Source of the DNA: Planctomicrobium piriforme
GTDB taxonomy: Bacteria > Planctomycetota > Planctomycetia > Pirellulales > UBA1268
Direction of reading: 5' to 3'
Assembly (NCBI GenBank): GCA_945871035.1
Contig: CAMBUD010000007.1
Location: forward strand, 1,530-65,529
DNA length: 64,000 nucleotides
The notes beneath the pieces are model-generated. The model searched no databases, had not been told where the DNA came from, and saw only the letters and a list, made by a program, of their open reading frames with translations. Both the position numbers and the translations under genes were made by a program. Shown piece by piece: positions 37,363 through 46,286 of the stretch (position 1 is its first letter; the number at the start of each line of letters is the position of its first letter).

Positions 37363-39726
37363 CTATTTGGAAGCGGCTGAAGAGAAGGACGGTGGAAGAA
37401 TATTTTGCTGTTCAAGTGCATCCATGAGCTGCGATCCAAAGGGTGTCACATCGCCCCTCTTTTTCCAATGCTGCGACAGCTTTACGAGACCGTCGATCAG
37501 CCGCTTTTTTGACCCAATGTGTACCGAATCTCCAGCCAACTCACCGAGGCTCACTGCCAGCAGAATCTCGCAGGCATGCGGCGATGGCAGAACGGATTTA
37601 AAATCGGCGCCATCGGATGCCAGTGATGCCTGGACTGTTGCGTGAACAACTGGACGCTGAGGAGTAGCGTTCCCTGTACAATACGACACGACGGCAGACG
37701 CGAGCACGCCTGTGCCTGGTTTTTTTGCCACTTCATAGACCACTCGAACCGTTTCTCCCGCATGCATGTCGATCGATTCGGGTGCACCACCAGCGAGCAA
37801 CGCCGCCACACTTTGCCGATGACCGACAATACGGTACATCGCAACCTGCGCTGCCTTAAACGTGACGGAAAGACTGCATCGCTGGGCCACAAGTGATGAG
37901 CAACCGTAAATCCCCTCCACAATTGCCCTGCGGATTGCAGTCGGATTAATCGCAATGCGTCCGAGCGAAGCACCTTGAGACCCGTCGTCTTGAGACCCGT
38001 CGTCAATAGCACGCGTTGAATCAATCAAGATAAACTGTGGCATGCTGTCGTTACTGAAAGAATTACTTGCGGAGGAAGCAAACTCGCCTGAGCGGCTCGC
38101 TTCTCCTCCTGAGGCAAGCGATTCCTGCCAGCGTATAAATGCTGCCTGACCTTCGTCGCGCGAGCGCTCTACTGAATCAGCGTGGGCAATGATCACCAAT
38201 CGCGAGCGTTCGCTTAGAGATCGCTGACAACGTTCGGCTATTCGTACTGCGGCATCAAAATCACCAGCGCCACGGGGGGAGCACTTACGAAGTTCGCTGC
38301 ATGCTCGCTTGACATCAGCAGCGTTTGCGCGTTCGGCAACCAGCCACGACTGCTCAGAACAAACGACTATCGTGAGGCGATCGGCGGGCTGCATGTGCGC
38401 GCTTGCCATTTCTAAACCACTGCACAACCACTGCCACACAAGTGGAGTCGCTGGTCCGGCAGACTGATCCAGTACAAGCACTGTATCGAGTGGTTCATTG
38501 GCTTTTCGATCCAGTGCCCGAGCAGTGATGCACACTTCGATGAGATCGGTGGGGGGCGATAGTCGAAGCGAACGCGTTCCTGCAATCGCCACCTGCAGGG
38601 CGGAATGATCTGTTTCAGATGGTTGCTGTCTCCTTGCAGAGTTTTTACTCGTCGCTGGAATCGCGGCCAAGATTTCCTCGACTCTGAGCGATGCCAACGC
38701 AGGCATCCGCTGCTTGAATGACGAAGACACAAGCAACGAGTCAAACGAATCTGTTCGCAAAGAAAGCGGTGGCTGATGAATCGATAGTGCTGCGGTCAGT
38801 GAGGGATCGACAAATGGTGCCTCGCCATGCGCCATCTCGAATGCAAGGTCGTAGCCGCGCACGCGCGGTACCGCGCGGCTAGGCTCTCGTGGCATTGGCA
38901 GGAAACGTAGTCCCGAGAATACTGACGCTTGCCCGATTGCAAAGGGCGATGGTGCTCCGCGCACCGATAGAGGCCCAATGGATTCCGCTGCGGTAGTCGG
39001 TGCATTGCTTCGCTCTTGAAGCGCCAGCTCTGCCGGAGAGCCGTTCTGAGCTTGAGCCAATTGTTGTTTGTGATCTGCCGGAACTGCAACCTGCTGAGCA
39101 GTCTTTAAAAACTGTGCCTGTGGCAATGCCGGCAATAATTCGTCTCTTGTTCCTTTTGATTCAAGAGACTTGGTATCAGTCGCAGAATTATTCTCGGCAC
39201 TCTTCCGCCCACTGTTCGCCACGGGTGCCGCAAGGCGTTGCGACAATTCCATTCCACCCAAGAACGTGCCGATAACAGCAAATAATAAAACCGCCGTCAC
39301 TCCAAAGTCATTTGCTAACGCTCGAGCAAATCGCCTCGTGCGTTGCCATTTTACCTTGTCCCATCTTGATCGAATCGACGGCGAGACAACGGACCCTAGA
39401 TTCGCATGGGCATTCACCGGAAATACTGCGGCCGATGTGGGGATGACAAATTCTGCCGCACGATCGAGGTCAATACATCCAACACTCGTAGAGAGCGGTC
39501 TTCGTCTGTCCACAGGCACATGCTGCTTGGCCTTTTCAATCACCAACGCAGCATGCAGACGAGGAATCATATCAGGTGGGGCATCAACGCTGGCGAGCAG
39601 TCGATCAATCGCTGCATCGCTAAACAATACGTCGAGCGAAAGCCGCTGCTCAAGATCGACCGGCACAGGCACGCCTCGCACCTGTTGGTCCACCAAACGA
39701 TCCTGACTTTGATGATTGTCGTTCAT
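37363..39726 (-). CDS. Membrane-anchored anti-sigma-like protein with YfbK-type vWA + DUF3520-like periplasmic region
   Basis: It starts 52 nt downstream of the ECF sigma gene. TM helix FGVTAVLLFAVIGTFLGGM, then LSLRTDSFDSLL...LASLRVEEILAAIP, a vWA core DTVLVLDQSAGP, and a C-terminal YRIVGHRQS...HAGETVRVVYEV. Confidence 0.6.
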   Translation of the reverse strand: MNDNHQSQDRLVDQQVRGVPVPVDLEQRLSLDVLFSDAAIDRLLASVDAPPDMIPRLHAALVIEKAKQHVPVDRRRPLSTSVGCIDLDRAAEFVIPTSAAVFPVNAHANLGSVVSPSIRSRWDKVKWQRTRRFARALANDFGVTAVLLFAVIGTFLGGMELSQRLAAPVANSGRKSAENNSATDTKSLESKGTRDELLPALPQAQFLKTAQQVAVPADHKQQLAQAQNGSPAELALQERSNAPTTAAESIGPLSVRGAPSPFAIGQASVFSGLRFLPMPREPSRAVPRVRGYDLAFEMAHGEAPFVDPSLTAALSIHQPPLSLRTDSFDSLLVSSSFKQRMPALASLRVEEILAAIPATSKNSARRQQPSETDHSALQVAIAGTRSLRLSPPTDLIEVCITARALDRKANEPLDTVLVLDQSAGPATPLVWQWLCSGLEMASAHMQPADRLTIVVCSEQSWLVAERANAADVKRACSELRKCSPRGAGDFDAAVRIAERCQRSLSERSRLVIIAHADSVERSRDEGQAAFIRWQESLASGGEASRSGEFASSASNSFSNDSMPQFILIDSTRAIDDGSQDDGSQGASLGRIAINPTAIRRAIVEGIYGCSSLVAQRCSLSVTFKAAQVAMYRIVGHRQSVAALLAGGAPESIDMHAGETVRVVYEVAKKPGTGVLASAVVSYCTGNATPQRPVVHATVQASLASDGADFKSVLPSPHACEILLAVSLGELAGDSVHIGSKKRLIDGLVKLSQHWKKRGDVTPFGSQLMDALEQQNILPPSFSSAASK
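37975..38004 (-). repeat. Perfect 15-nt tandem duplication (TTGAGACCCGTCGTC x2) encoding DDGSQDDGSQ
   Basis: Read directly: copies at 37975-37989 and 37990-38004, inside the anti-sigma-like CDS. Confidence 0.95.
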
Positions 39727-39778
39727 GACGATTACAGCTAGTTATTTTTTCAGAAAAGAGGTCGGTCCCAGACAGGAA

Positions 39779-40336
39779 CTACTGAGCTGCTTTTTTATTA
39801 CCCACTTGCGCAACGGACGCCCGCAGTGCGGCCGTTGATTCCAGAAGAAACTCCCGTAAGCGGGTACGTGCCCGACTGACGCGAGACAAAACGGTTCCGA
39901 GTGGAATTCCTTGCAACTGAGCTGCTTCTTGATGAGTGAGTTCGCCAACCACAACAAGCAGAAGGGTATCGCGTAGCTCCGCAGGGAGTCGGTCCAACGC
40001 TCGCTGCATAGGCCCTGAGAGTTCATCGTTGAAGGGAATTGGGCCGGTCGGGGCGGCTTGCTGCGAAACCTCATCACCGATTGTTTGCTCGCGCACACTG
40101 CGTTTGCGCCAATGATCGGCCACTCGTCTGCGTAGAATAGCCAGCAGCCAAGCTCGTTCACTGCGGGAATCGTCGTAGAGGTGCCGGCTGGTCCACGCTG
40201 AGCGAAACGTGTCTTGCAGCACGTCTTCGGCATAGTGCCCGTCGCCCAGCATTCGGAACGCAACCCGATAGAGTACCGTTGCATGATCACTTGCCCACCG
40301 CTCAAATTGGTCACTGAACGCTGGAGAAATGGGCAT
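39779..40336 (-). CDS. ECF-type RNA polymerase sigma factor
   Basis: Region 2 (VLYRVAFRMLGDGHYAEDVLQDTFRSAW) and region 4 HTH (LTHQEAAQLQGIPLGTVLSRVSRARTRL). Confidence 0.9.
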   Translation of the reverse strand: MPISPAFSDQFERWASDHATVLYRVAFRMLGDGHYAEDVLQDTFRSAWTSRHLYDDSRSERAWLLAILRRRVADHWRKRSVREQTIGDEVSQQAAPTGPIPFNDELSGPMQRALDRLPAELRDTLLLVVVGELTHQEAAQLQGIPLGTVLSRVSRARTRLREFLLESTAALRASVAQVGNKKAAQ

Positions 40337-40496
40337 GGGACGATGCCGTTATGCCCTGCCGAAACACTGTGCCACCACCACGTGGAAGACTACGCATTTC
40401 ATAAAGCTATTCTCTTGGGCAGTCAAAACTTATTTCCGAACACTTTTGTGTGTTGTACCAGTGGCAAAAAGGCGAATTGTGGCTCTATTGTGAGCT

Positions 40497-42173
40497 TTAT
40501 TTCCCGACGGGGTGCAATGCCGTTCGAGCAGAACGGGATGCCGCATCTGCTGTCGCCAGCCAATACGGCAACTTTCCAGCAGCGGGGAGCTTGACAACAC
40601 TGGCTGAATGAATTCCCGGACATGCCAGCACGCCTTCAACCGCTGATTTCGAAGGCTCTTGATCCAGATTCAAAACACCGATTGCATCCCCACCGGGAGT
40701 TGATCGACCGACAGTCATCTGCGCAATGTTGACCCCCAGAGCGCCAAATGCTGTTCCAACTCGACCGATAATGCCGGGTACATCTTGGTGCGTAAAAACA
40801 AGCAGGACTCCATCCAGATAGGCCTCTAGCCGATGGCCCTCCAGTTGCACAAGTCTCGGCATTGAATGTCCAAAGAGCGTACCGGCGGCTCTGTGCACCC
40901 GATCACCGACCACTAAATCAACCGCCACAACCGAGCTAAAGGCACCGGGATCCGATCGGCTCTGTTCCGTTAATTCAATCCCTCGATCGCGCAGCAACAT
41001 TTCAGCATTCACAACATTGACATCCTCAATCGCCGACTCCAACAATCCGGCGGCAAAGGCCGCCGTTACCAATCGAGTATTACGGGCAGCAATCTCTCCT
41101 CGATAAGCGATTGAGCAGGACCGCGGCGGTCCGTCATCAAGTTGCGACAGCAGAAGCCCTAGTCGCCAAGCCAGATCAAGAAAACCACGCACGCCCTCGA
41201 GTGCAACAGAATCAATAGCACTTGAATTGACTGAGTGCCGAATCGCTCCCGTTGATAGAAAATCAACGAGCAAACCAACGCCCTCAACAGCGACTTGTGA
41301 TTGTGCTTCCTCTGTGCTGGCCCCAAGATGCGGCGTTACGAGTACACCAGGCAAGCCAAACAAGGGGCTCTCTGTACAGGGCTCTTTTTCAAAGACATCG
41401 AGAGCAACTCCCGCAATCACTCCGCTTGTGAGCCCTACGAACAGCGCTTTTTCGTCGTAAATGCCCCCGCGAGCACAGTTCACAAGTCGCACGCCTGGCT
41501 TGAGGAGTGGGAGTTCATTCATGCCGATCAAATGTTGCGTGTCGGCTGTCAGCGGCGTGTGGACCGTCAGATAGTCGACCTGCGGCAGCATTCCACGCAC
41601 GCTATCAAACAATTCAACTCCCAACTCGGCAGCACGATCCGGGGAGAGAAATGGATCGAATCCAATAACACGCATATCGAAAGCCCGAGCCCTCTTGGCA
41701 ACCGCCAGACCGATGCGACCCAATCCAACTATACCAATGGTCTTACCGGCTAACTGCACGCCCATCAATTTATTGCGATCCCAGCGATGGTCACGCAGAC
41801 TTGCATCGGCGGTCGCGATGTTTCGCGATAAACCAAGCAGCAGGGCAAACGCGTGCTCTGCTGTACTCACTGTGTTTCCAGCGGGCGTGTTCATAACGAC
41901 AATTCCTTGCCGTGTGGCCGACTCCTTGTCGATATTATCAGTGCCGACTCCGGCCCGAACAATTGCCTTGAGGCGATGGTTTCCTGCCAGTGATTCAGCG
42001 GTGATCTTCACACCGCTACGACAGATGGCACCATCGTGTCGGGCCAATGTTTCTCGTAGAGATTCCCCCGAAAGCCCGGTCGTAATTTCATAGGTTATGC
42101 CAACCTCCGCAGCAGCATCGAGCAGAGCGAGTCCGTCGGGGCTCAGTGTGTCAAGAACAATAATCGATGGCAT
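40497..42173 (-). CDS. serA: D-3-phosphoglycerate dehydrogenase (long form with ACT domain)
   Basis: NAD fold GKTIGIVGLGRIGLAVA, catalytic VNCARGGIYDE and TPHLGAST, and a C-terminal ACT (VPGIIGRVGTAFGALGVNIAQM). There is a C-terminal extension of about 30 aa. Confidence 0.9.
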   Translation of the reverse strand: MPSIIVLDTLSPDGLALLDAAAEVGITYEITTGLSGESLRETLARHDGAICRSGVKITAESLAGNHRLKAIVRAGVGTDNIDKESATRQGIVVMNTPAGNTVSTAEHAFALLLGLSRNIATADASLRDHRWDRNKLMGVQLAGKTIGIVGLGRIGLAVAKRARAFDMRVIGFDPFLSPDRAAELGVELFDSVRGMLPQVDYLTVHTPLTADTQHLIGMNELPLLKPGVRLVNCARGGIYDEKALFVGLTSGVIAGVALDVFEKEPCTESPLFGLPGVLVTPHLGASTEEAQSQVAVEGVGLLVDFLSTGAIRHSVNSSAIDSVALEGVRGFLDLAWRLGLLLSQLDDGPPRSCSIAYRGEIAARNTRLVTAAFAAGLLESAIEDVNVVNAEMLLRDRGIELTEQSRSDPGAFSSVVAVDLVVGDRVHRAAGTLFGHSMPRLVQLEGHRLEAYLDGVLLVFTHQDVPGIIGRVGTAFGALGVNIAQMTVGRSTPGGDAIGVLNLDQEPSKSAVEGVLACPGIHSASVVKLPAAGKLPYWLATADAASRSARTALHPVGK

Positions 42174-42259
42174 AGTCGGGTTCCGATTTTTTCAGATGTC
42201 GCAACGGGTGAGAGGGTGAGCGGTGGCAGATGGGTAACGACCGCGAAAACAATGCTACG

Positions 42260-43405
42260 CTAGGATTGTGTCTTAAGCCCGGCCTGTGAAGCGTGCGCAC
42301 TTTGAAAATCAACCATACAGTCGCGCAGGCATTCGACACCCGGCACGGGCATTGCATTGTAGATACTCGCTCGAATACCCCCCACTGAACGATGCCCCTT
42401 AAGCTCCACTAACCCTCGTTGTGCTGCACAGCTAATGAACTCCTGCTCTAAAGCCTCGTTTGGCAGGTGAAATGTGACATTCATATCCGATCGACAATCG
42501 GGGCGAGCATGTCCGGAAAAAAAACCGCCGGAGGCATCTATGACATCATAGAGCAGTTGCGCCTTGGCGACGTTGTGACGGGCCATGCTGGCAAGCCCGC
42601 CCATGTTTTCTCGTACCCAGCGACAAACCAAACCAAAGATGTATACCGCAAACACTGGGGGAGTATTGGGGCGGGAATCATTTTTAACATGCGTCCTGTA
42701 ATCGAGCATTGAGGGCAGGTCATCACGGGATCGCTCGAGTAAATCCTTGCGGATAATAACCGCGGTCACACCCGCAATACCTGCATTCTTCTGAGCGCAA
42801 GCATAAACGAGACCATACTTTGAAATATCAATCGGCCGCGACAGGAAGTCGCTTGAGCAATCGCATACCAGCGGCGCGTCACCTACCTCCGGTTCGTTTT
42901 TCCATTGGACTCCCTGTATTGTCTCGTTGCTGGTCATGTGGACATAGGCCGGATTTGTTGAGAGCTTGATTTCGTCAGGTGCTGGCAGCCGATCGTAATG
43001 GGTAGCAGCACCGTCCCAAGCAACGTGCACTTTGCCCTCACGCCGAGCTTCCTTCAAACCAGTTGCCCCCCACGTGCCTGTGATAATGGAATCGGCCGGT
43101 CTATTGACGCCGCGTAACAGGTTCATTGGCACCATCGAAAACTGCAGGCTTGCACCACCTTGCAGCAACACGACCTCGTGGTCGTTGCCGATGCCCACCA
43201 GACCCCTTAGCTCCTGAAGTGTCTCTTCGAGAATACGGTCGAAGGCAGGACTACGGTGACTAATTTCAAGAACGGATATACCAACACCGGGCAGCGAGAG
43301 CATCTCTTCCCGAGCCCGCTCGAGCACTGGCAACGGCAAAACAGCCGGGCCAGGGGAAAAGTTGAAGACGCGTTCAGTCGCCGACACAAGCCTGCGGTCC
43401 GTCAC
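42260..43405 (-). CDS. serC: Phosphoserine aminotransferase
   Basis: NFSPGPAVLP and YACAQKNAGIAGVTAVIIRKDLL (PLP-Lys context). It sits directly upstream of serA. Confidence 0.9.
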   Translation of the reverse strand: MTDRRLVSATERVFNFSPGPAVLPLPVLERAREEMLSLPGVGISVLEISHRSPAFDRILEETLQELRGLVGIGNDHEVVLLQGGASLQFSMVPMNLLRGVNRPADSIITGTWGATGLKEARREGKVHVAWDGAATHYDRLPAPDEIKLSTNPAYVHMTSNETIQGVQWKNEPEVGDAPLVCDCSSDFLSRPIDISKYGLVYACAQKNAGIAGVTAVIIRKDLLERSRDDLPSMLDYRTHVKNDSRPNTPPVFAVYIFGLVCRWVRENMGGLASMARHNVAKAQLLYDVIDASGGFFSGHARPDCRSDMNVTFHLPNEALEQEFISCAAQRGLVELKGHRSVGGIRASIYNAMPVPGVECLRDCMVDFQSAHASQAGLKTQS

Positions 43406-43495
43406 AAATGCTCTCCACGGTTATTAGAACTACATTCCTACATCGGAAAAATTACGATACAGAATGTCTTAGAATAGAAGCCGCCTGCAAGACGG

Positions 43496-44239
43496 TCAAC
43501 GGCCAGCATTTTCGGTCGCAGGGAGTGCCAATCCATTCGCTGCGGGAGCGGAGGGCGACGGTAACGTCGCTACACGCGATGCGTGTGCCTTTGCATCTGC
43601 ATTGAGAGTTGCTATTTTTGCGGCGACGGTGGGCTGGGCGGGATCAATAGCAATTGCCCGCGAGTAGTTGGCCAGTGCCAGTGACGGTTCTCCTGATGAT
43701 TCACGAATTTGTCCGAGTGCTACCAGCGCTCGGGTGTTGTTGGGGTCGATCGCAAGCGCATCAATGAGATGGTTCTCGGCTTCGCGAAGATCGCCGTGCT
43801 CTTGGCACAACCGCCCGAGTTCAATTTGTGGGCTGGGATTTGTAGGCTGTTGCTGAGCCCAATTCTGCAACTGCGCAACGGCCTCTGCAGGCCTGTTCTG
43901 TTCGACTAGCAGCACAGCTAATCCCCGCTGGCATGCTTCGTGATTAAGATTACGAGCAAGACAAAGATGATAGTATTGTTCAGCAGTCTGTAGATCGGAG
44001 GGACGCCCAAATAGTTTGGCCTGCTGATGGTAAGTGGCCCCCAGATTATAGAAGCAATCCGGACTCCCAGGATGCTGCACGAGTGCTTGCTGAAAATGAC
44101 TGACTGCCCCCTGGTAGTTGCCCTGCTGGTAGAGCACAACGCCATCCGCGTTGTCATTGCGAGCCATCCACCCACAACCCGCGCAAACTAGCAACGCCAG
44201 CAACTGCAGGTAGCCAAGTGGCGGAGCGATTCTTTGCAT
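43496..44239 (-). CDS. TPR-repeat lipoprotein
   Basis: MQRIAPPLGYLQLLALLVCAGCGW (lipobox) and TPR units (YQGAVSHFQQALVQHPGSPD, FYNLGATYHQQ, ALVALGQIRESSG). The track ORF extends to 44326. Confidence 0.65.
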   Translation of the reverse strand: MQRIAPPLGYLQLLALLVCAGCGWMARNDNADGVVLYQQGNYQGAVSHFQQALVQHPGSPDCFYNLGATYHQQAKLFGRPSDLQTAEQYYHLCLARNLNHEACQRGLAVLLVEQNRPAEAVAQLQNWAQQQPTNPSPQIELGRLCQEHGDLREAENHLIDALAIDPNNTRALVALGQIRESSGEPSLALANYSRAIAIDPAQPTVAAKIATLNADAKAHASRVATLPSPSAPAANGLALPATENAGR

Positions 44240-44500
44240 TCCAAACGTAAAACGTAACCTCACACTCACGCTCCAGTCCTTGTTCACCTTTTCTAAAAAT
44301 GAGAGCCGAAACCGAGACATGGACACCGGCCAAGAATAGGATGAAAAGACGCTGAAACCGTACTCGCAGCTGAAATTGAAAACAAGGTCAGACTGCCTGC
44401 CTAGATTCCGTGATCAGCCAAGACCGCCCGCACTGCGCACCGATAGACGATGGAAGCATTGGAATGCATGCGGCCTGCAGTCGATGTGCCCTAGCTGCCC

Positions 44501-44588
44501 GTGGACAAAGTCCTCCATGCACTTTGTCCACTTGAAAACCTCCGGTTTTTTGCGGGTGCTACGCACCCGGGACCGCATCGTGCGGTCC
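44501..44588. other. Four adjacent perfect hairpins (candidate structured RNA element)
   Basis: GTGGACAAAGT-9nt-ACTTTGTCCAC (44501-44531), AAAACC-TCC-GGTTTT (44535-44549), CGGGTGC-TAC-GCACCCG (44553-44569) and GGACCGCA-TCG-TGCGGTCC (44570-44588). Confidence 0.6.
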
Positions 44589-44775
44589 AACACGTGGTTT
44601 ATCCACAACCTGCTAGCACGACCGCAAAACCACCCAACATTTGGCTGATCAATTCACGGAGTCCTTGAAGCGGCAGGGGGGCTTGTTTCGGCAGTGGTCA
44701 CGCAAGAGTCTTTATAAAAAACTTCTCGCTGCAAAAGGTTTGTATCGATAGCTCCTCGATGGCTCCTCGATGGTT

Positions 44776-45048
44776 CTATGAGACTGCTGTTGCGCGAACA
44801 TACCCTAGCGACTTTAGCACCTCGAGCATCTCGCTGCAGGTCGGAAACATGCGGCCATTGACTCGTTTGTAGTGTTCTATGGCTTGCATGAACTCGATTT
44901 CTTCGGGCTGATAATCTCGCTCGCATGTTGTCGGGTCTATCAAACGCCTCCGCTCGCAACGGACGTTCTTTTTAGACGGTGCTGGCTGCGATTGCCTGTG
45001 CTTCAACTGCTGAATCGTCCGGGGGGTTTTCGCGTATGTGATAGACAT
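44776..45048 (-). CDS. Small (90 aa) hypothetical protein
   Basis: Basic N-terminus followed by [46 protein letters not shown]. It is the only plausible ORF in a gene-poor stretch of about 1.1 kb. Confidence 0.45.
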   Translation of the reverse strand: MSITYAKTPRTIQQLKHRQSQPAPSKKNVRCERRRLIDPTTCERDYQPEEIEFMQAIEHYKRVNGRMFPTCSEMLEVLKSLGYVRATAVS

Positions 45049-45357
45049 TCTAGGCTCCTAAAATGCGTTGGGCCGCAGATTGCACTGCGACGGTTTTATC
45101 TGCCGGGCCTACCCCTCCAACTGGGCGCCTAGCATTACCTGCTACCCTGTGCTGGAAAGGTCTGCCGGAAGTATGCACCATTCCCACTGCGCAGACTTTG
45201 TCGATCAGGAAAAATAACCGTTTTTTCTCGATCTTGCAGACCACAGAAGCTTTCCGGCCAAGCAGCAGACGCTGCAACTGTTGCAACCGGCAAAACCGTC
45301 TTGATAAAAATTGGTGGCAACCGAGTCCGACACTAAACGCCACGAACAAAGCGTGCT

Positions 45358-46104
45358 TTAACGATTGCCGAAAAACTTTTTCAACGCCTCTGCTGCAGCG
45401 TCCCGCGAGGAGTCTGCGCCTTGCTTTGGTTGCTTGGCAAGCATTCCTGGATTTGATTTGGCTGCTTTTAGGCCCTCGATTGCCAGCAGACTGGCAGACT
45501 TTGAGATGCCAGAAGCCTGCGCGGGTGTGCGGTTCTTTTCGGAGATATTGGTGACCTCAGCAGCACTGCTATCAGCACTGTCGTTGCCGTTAGTTTGCAA
45601 AGAGTTTTCAGAATGAATGCTGTTGGCTTCTTCACCCGAACTGGCTGCGTGACTCACGGCCGCAGTGCGCTCTTCAGTGGGGCCTGAAACAGGAGTGAAC
45701 GAATGAGTTGTGTCATGGATGCCGGCCGGAACATCGTCGGCCATCTGCCAGCGGGAGACATCATTTTCATTAGTCTTCGCCTCAGAGTCCGTGCACAACA
45801 CCTTCAACTCAAGCGATCCAACACGTATCAAATCACCTGTAGAAACCTTTGTTATTTCAACAATCCGCACGCCGTTCACAAAGGTTCCGTTGCGACTGGC
45901 AAGATCTTCGACAGTGACACTTTCGGCTGTAACCCGCACGGCACAATGTCGCCGGCTCACTTCTTCGCTGAGCGGACGCACGTCGCACTCTTCGGCACGT
46001 CCAATCAGTAATTTCTCATGCTTGAGCACAATGGCTCTGCCAGCACTTTTACCAGATACGATGATCATTTTCGTGATCATGAGATTGAATGTCCGATTGC
46101 TCAA
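45358..46104 (-). CDS. FHA-domain protein with disordered C-terminal half
   Basis: LLIGRAEECDVRPLSEEVSRRHCAV...VEDLASRNGTFVNG...GDLIRVGSLEL. Confidence 0.8.
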   Translation of the reverse strand: MSNRTFNLMITKMIIVSGKSAGRAIVLKHEKLLIGRAEECDVRPLSEEVSRRHCAVRVTAESVTVEDLASRNGTFVNGVRIVEITKVSTGDLIRVGSLELKVLCTDSEAKTNENDVSRWQMADDVPAGIHDTTHSFTPVSGPTEERTAAVSHAASSGEEANSIHSENSLQTNGNDSADSSAAEVTNISEKNRTPAQASGISKSASLLAIEGLKAAKSNPGMLAKQPKQGADSSRDAAAEALKKFFGNR

Positions 46105-46286
46105 TTATCCGGCTGGCGATTCACTGCGAAACGCTCTGCAAGCTATTCCTGTAGGCTAGCGTAGCAGCCTATCCACAATCAATATGGCCTCTCGAACTCG
46201 ACTTGTGGTGAACGAGAGCGGTTCCTTGGATTACCGCATGAAAGAGGCGAAGCCATCCTCATCAAGGGTGCTGCTTACGCCCTATT

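Noticed and set aside
44501-44531. GGACAAAGTCCTCCATG resembles the RNase P RNA P4/CR-I segment (GAGGAAAGUCCGGGCUCCA).
   Set aside because: The segment pairs perfectly with the adjacent ACTTTGTCCAC in a local hairpin. None of the other conserved RNase P regions (for example ACAGAA-CCCGGCUUA or GGUAAGAGCGCACC) occur nearby.
44376-44648. A 90-aa plus-strand ORF (and 44414-44608 on the minus strand) spanning the hairpin cluster.
   Set aside because: The translation is Arg/Cys/Trp/His-rich with no motif or plausible start context, and the ORF is built from the palindromic hairpin sequence. It is more likely non-coding.
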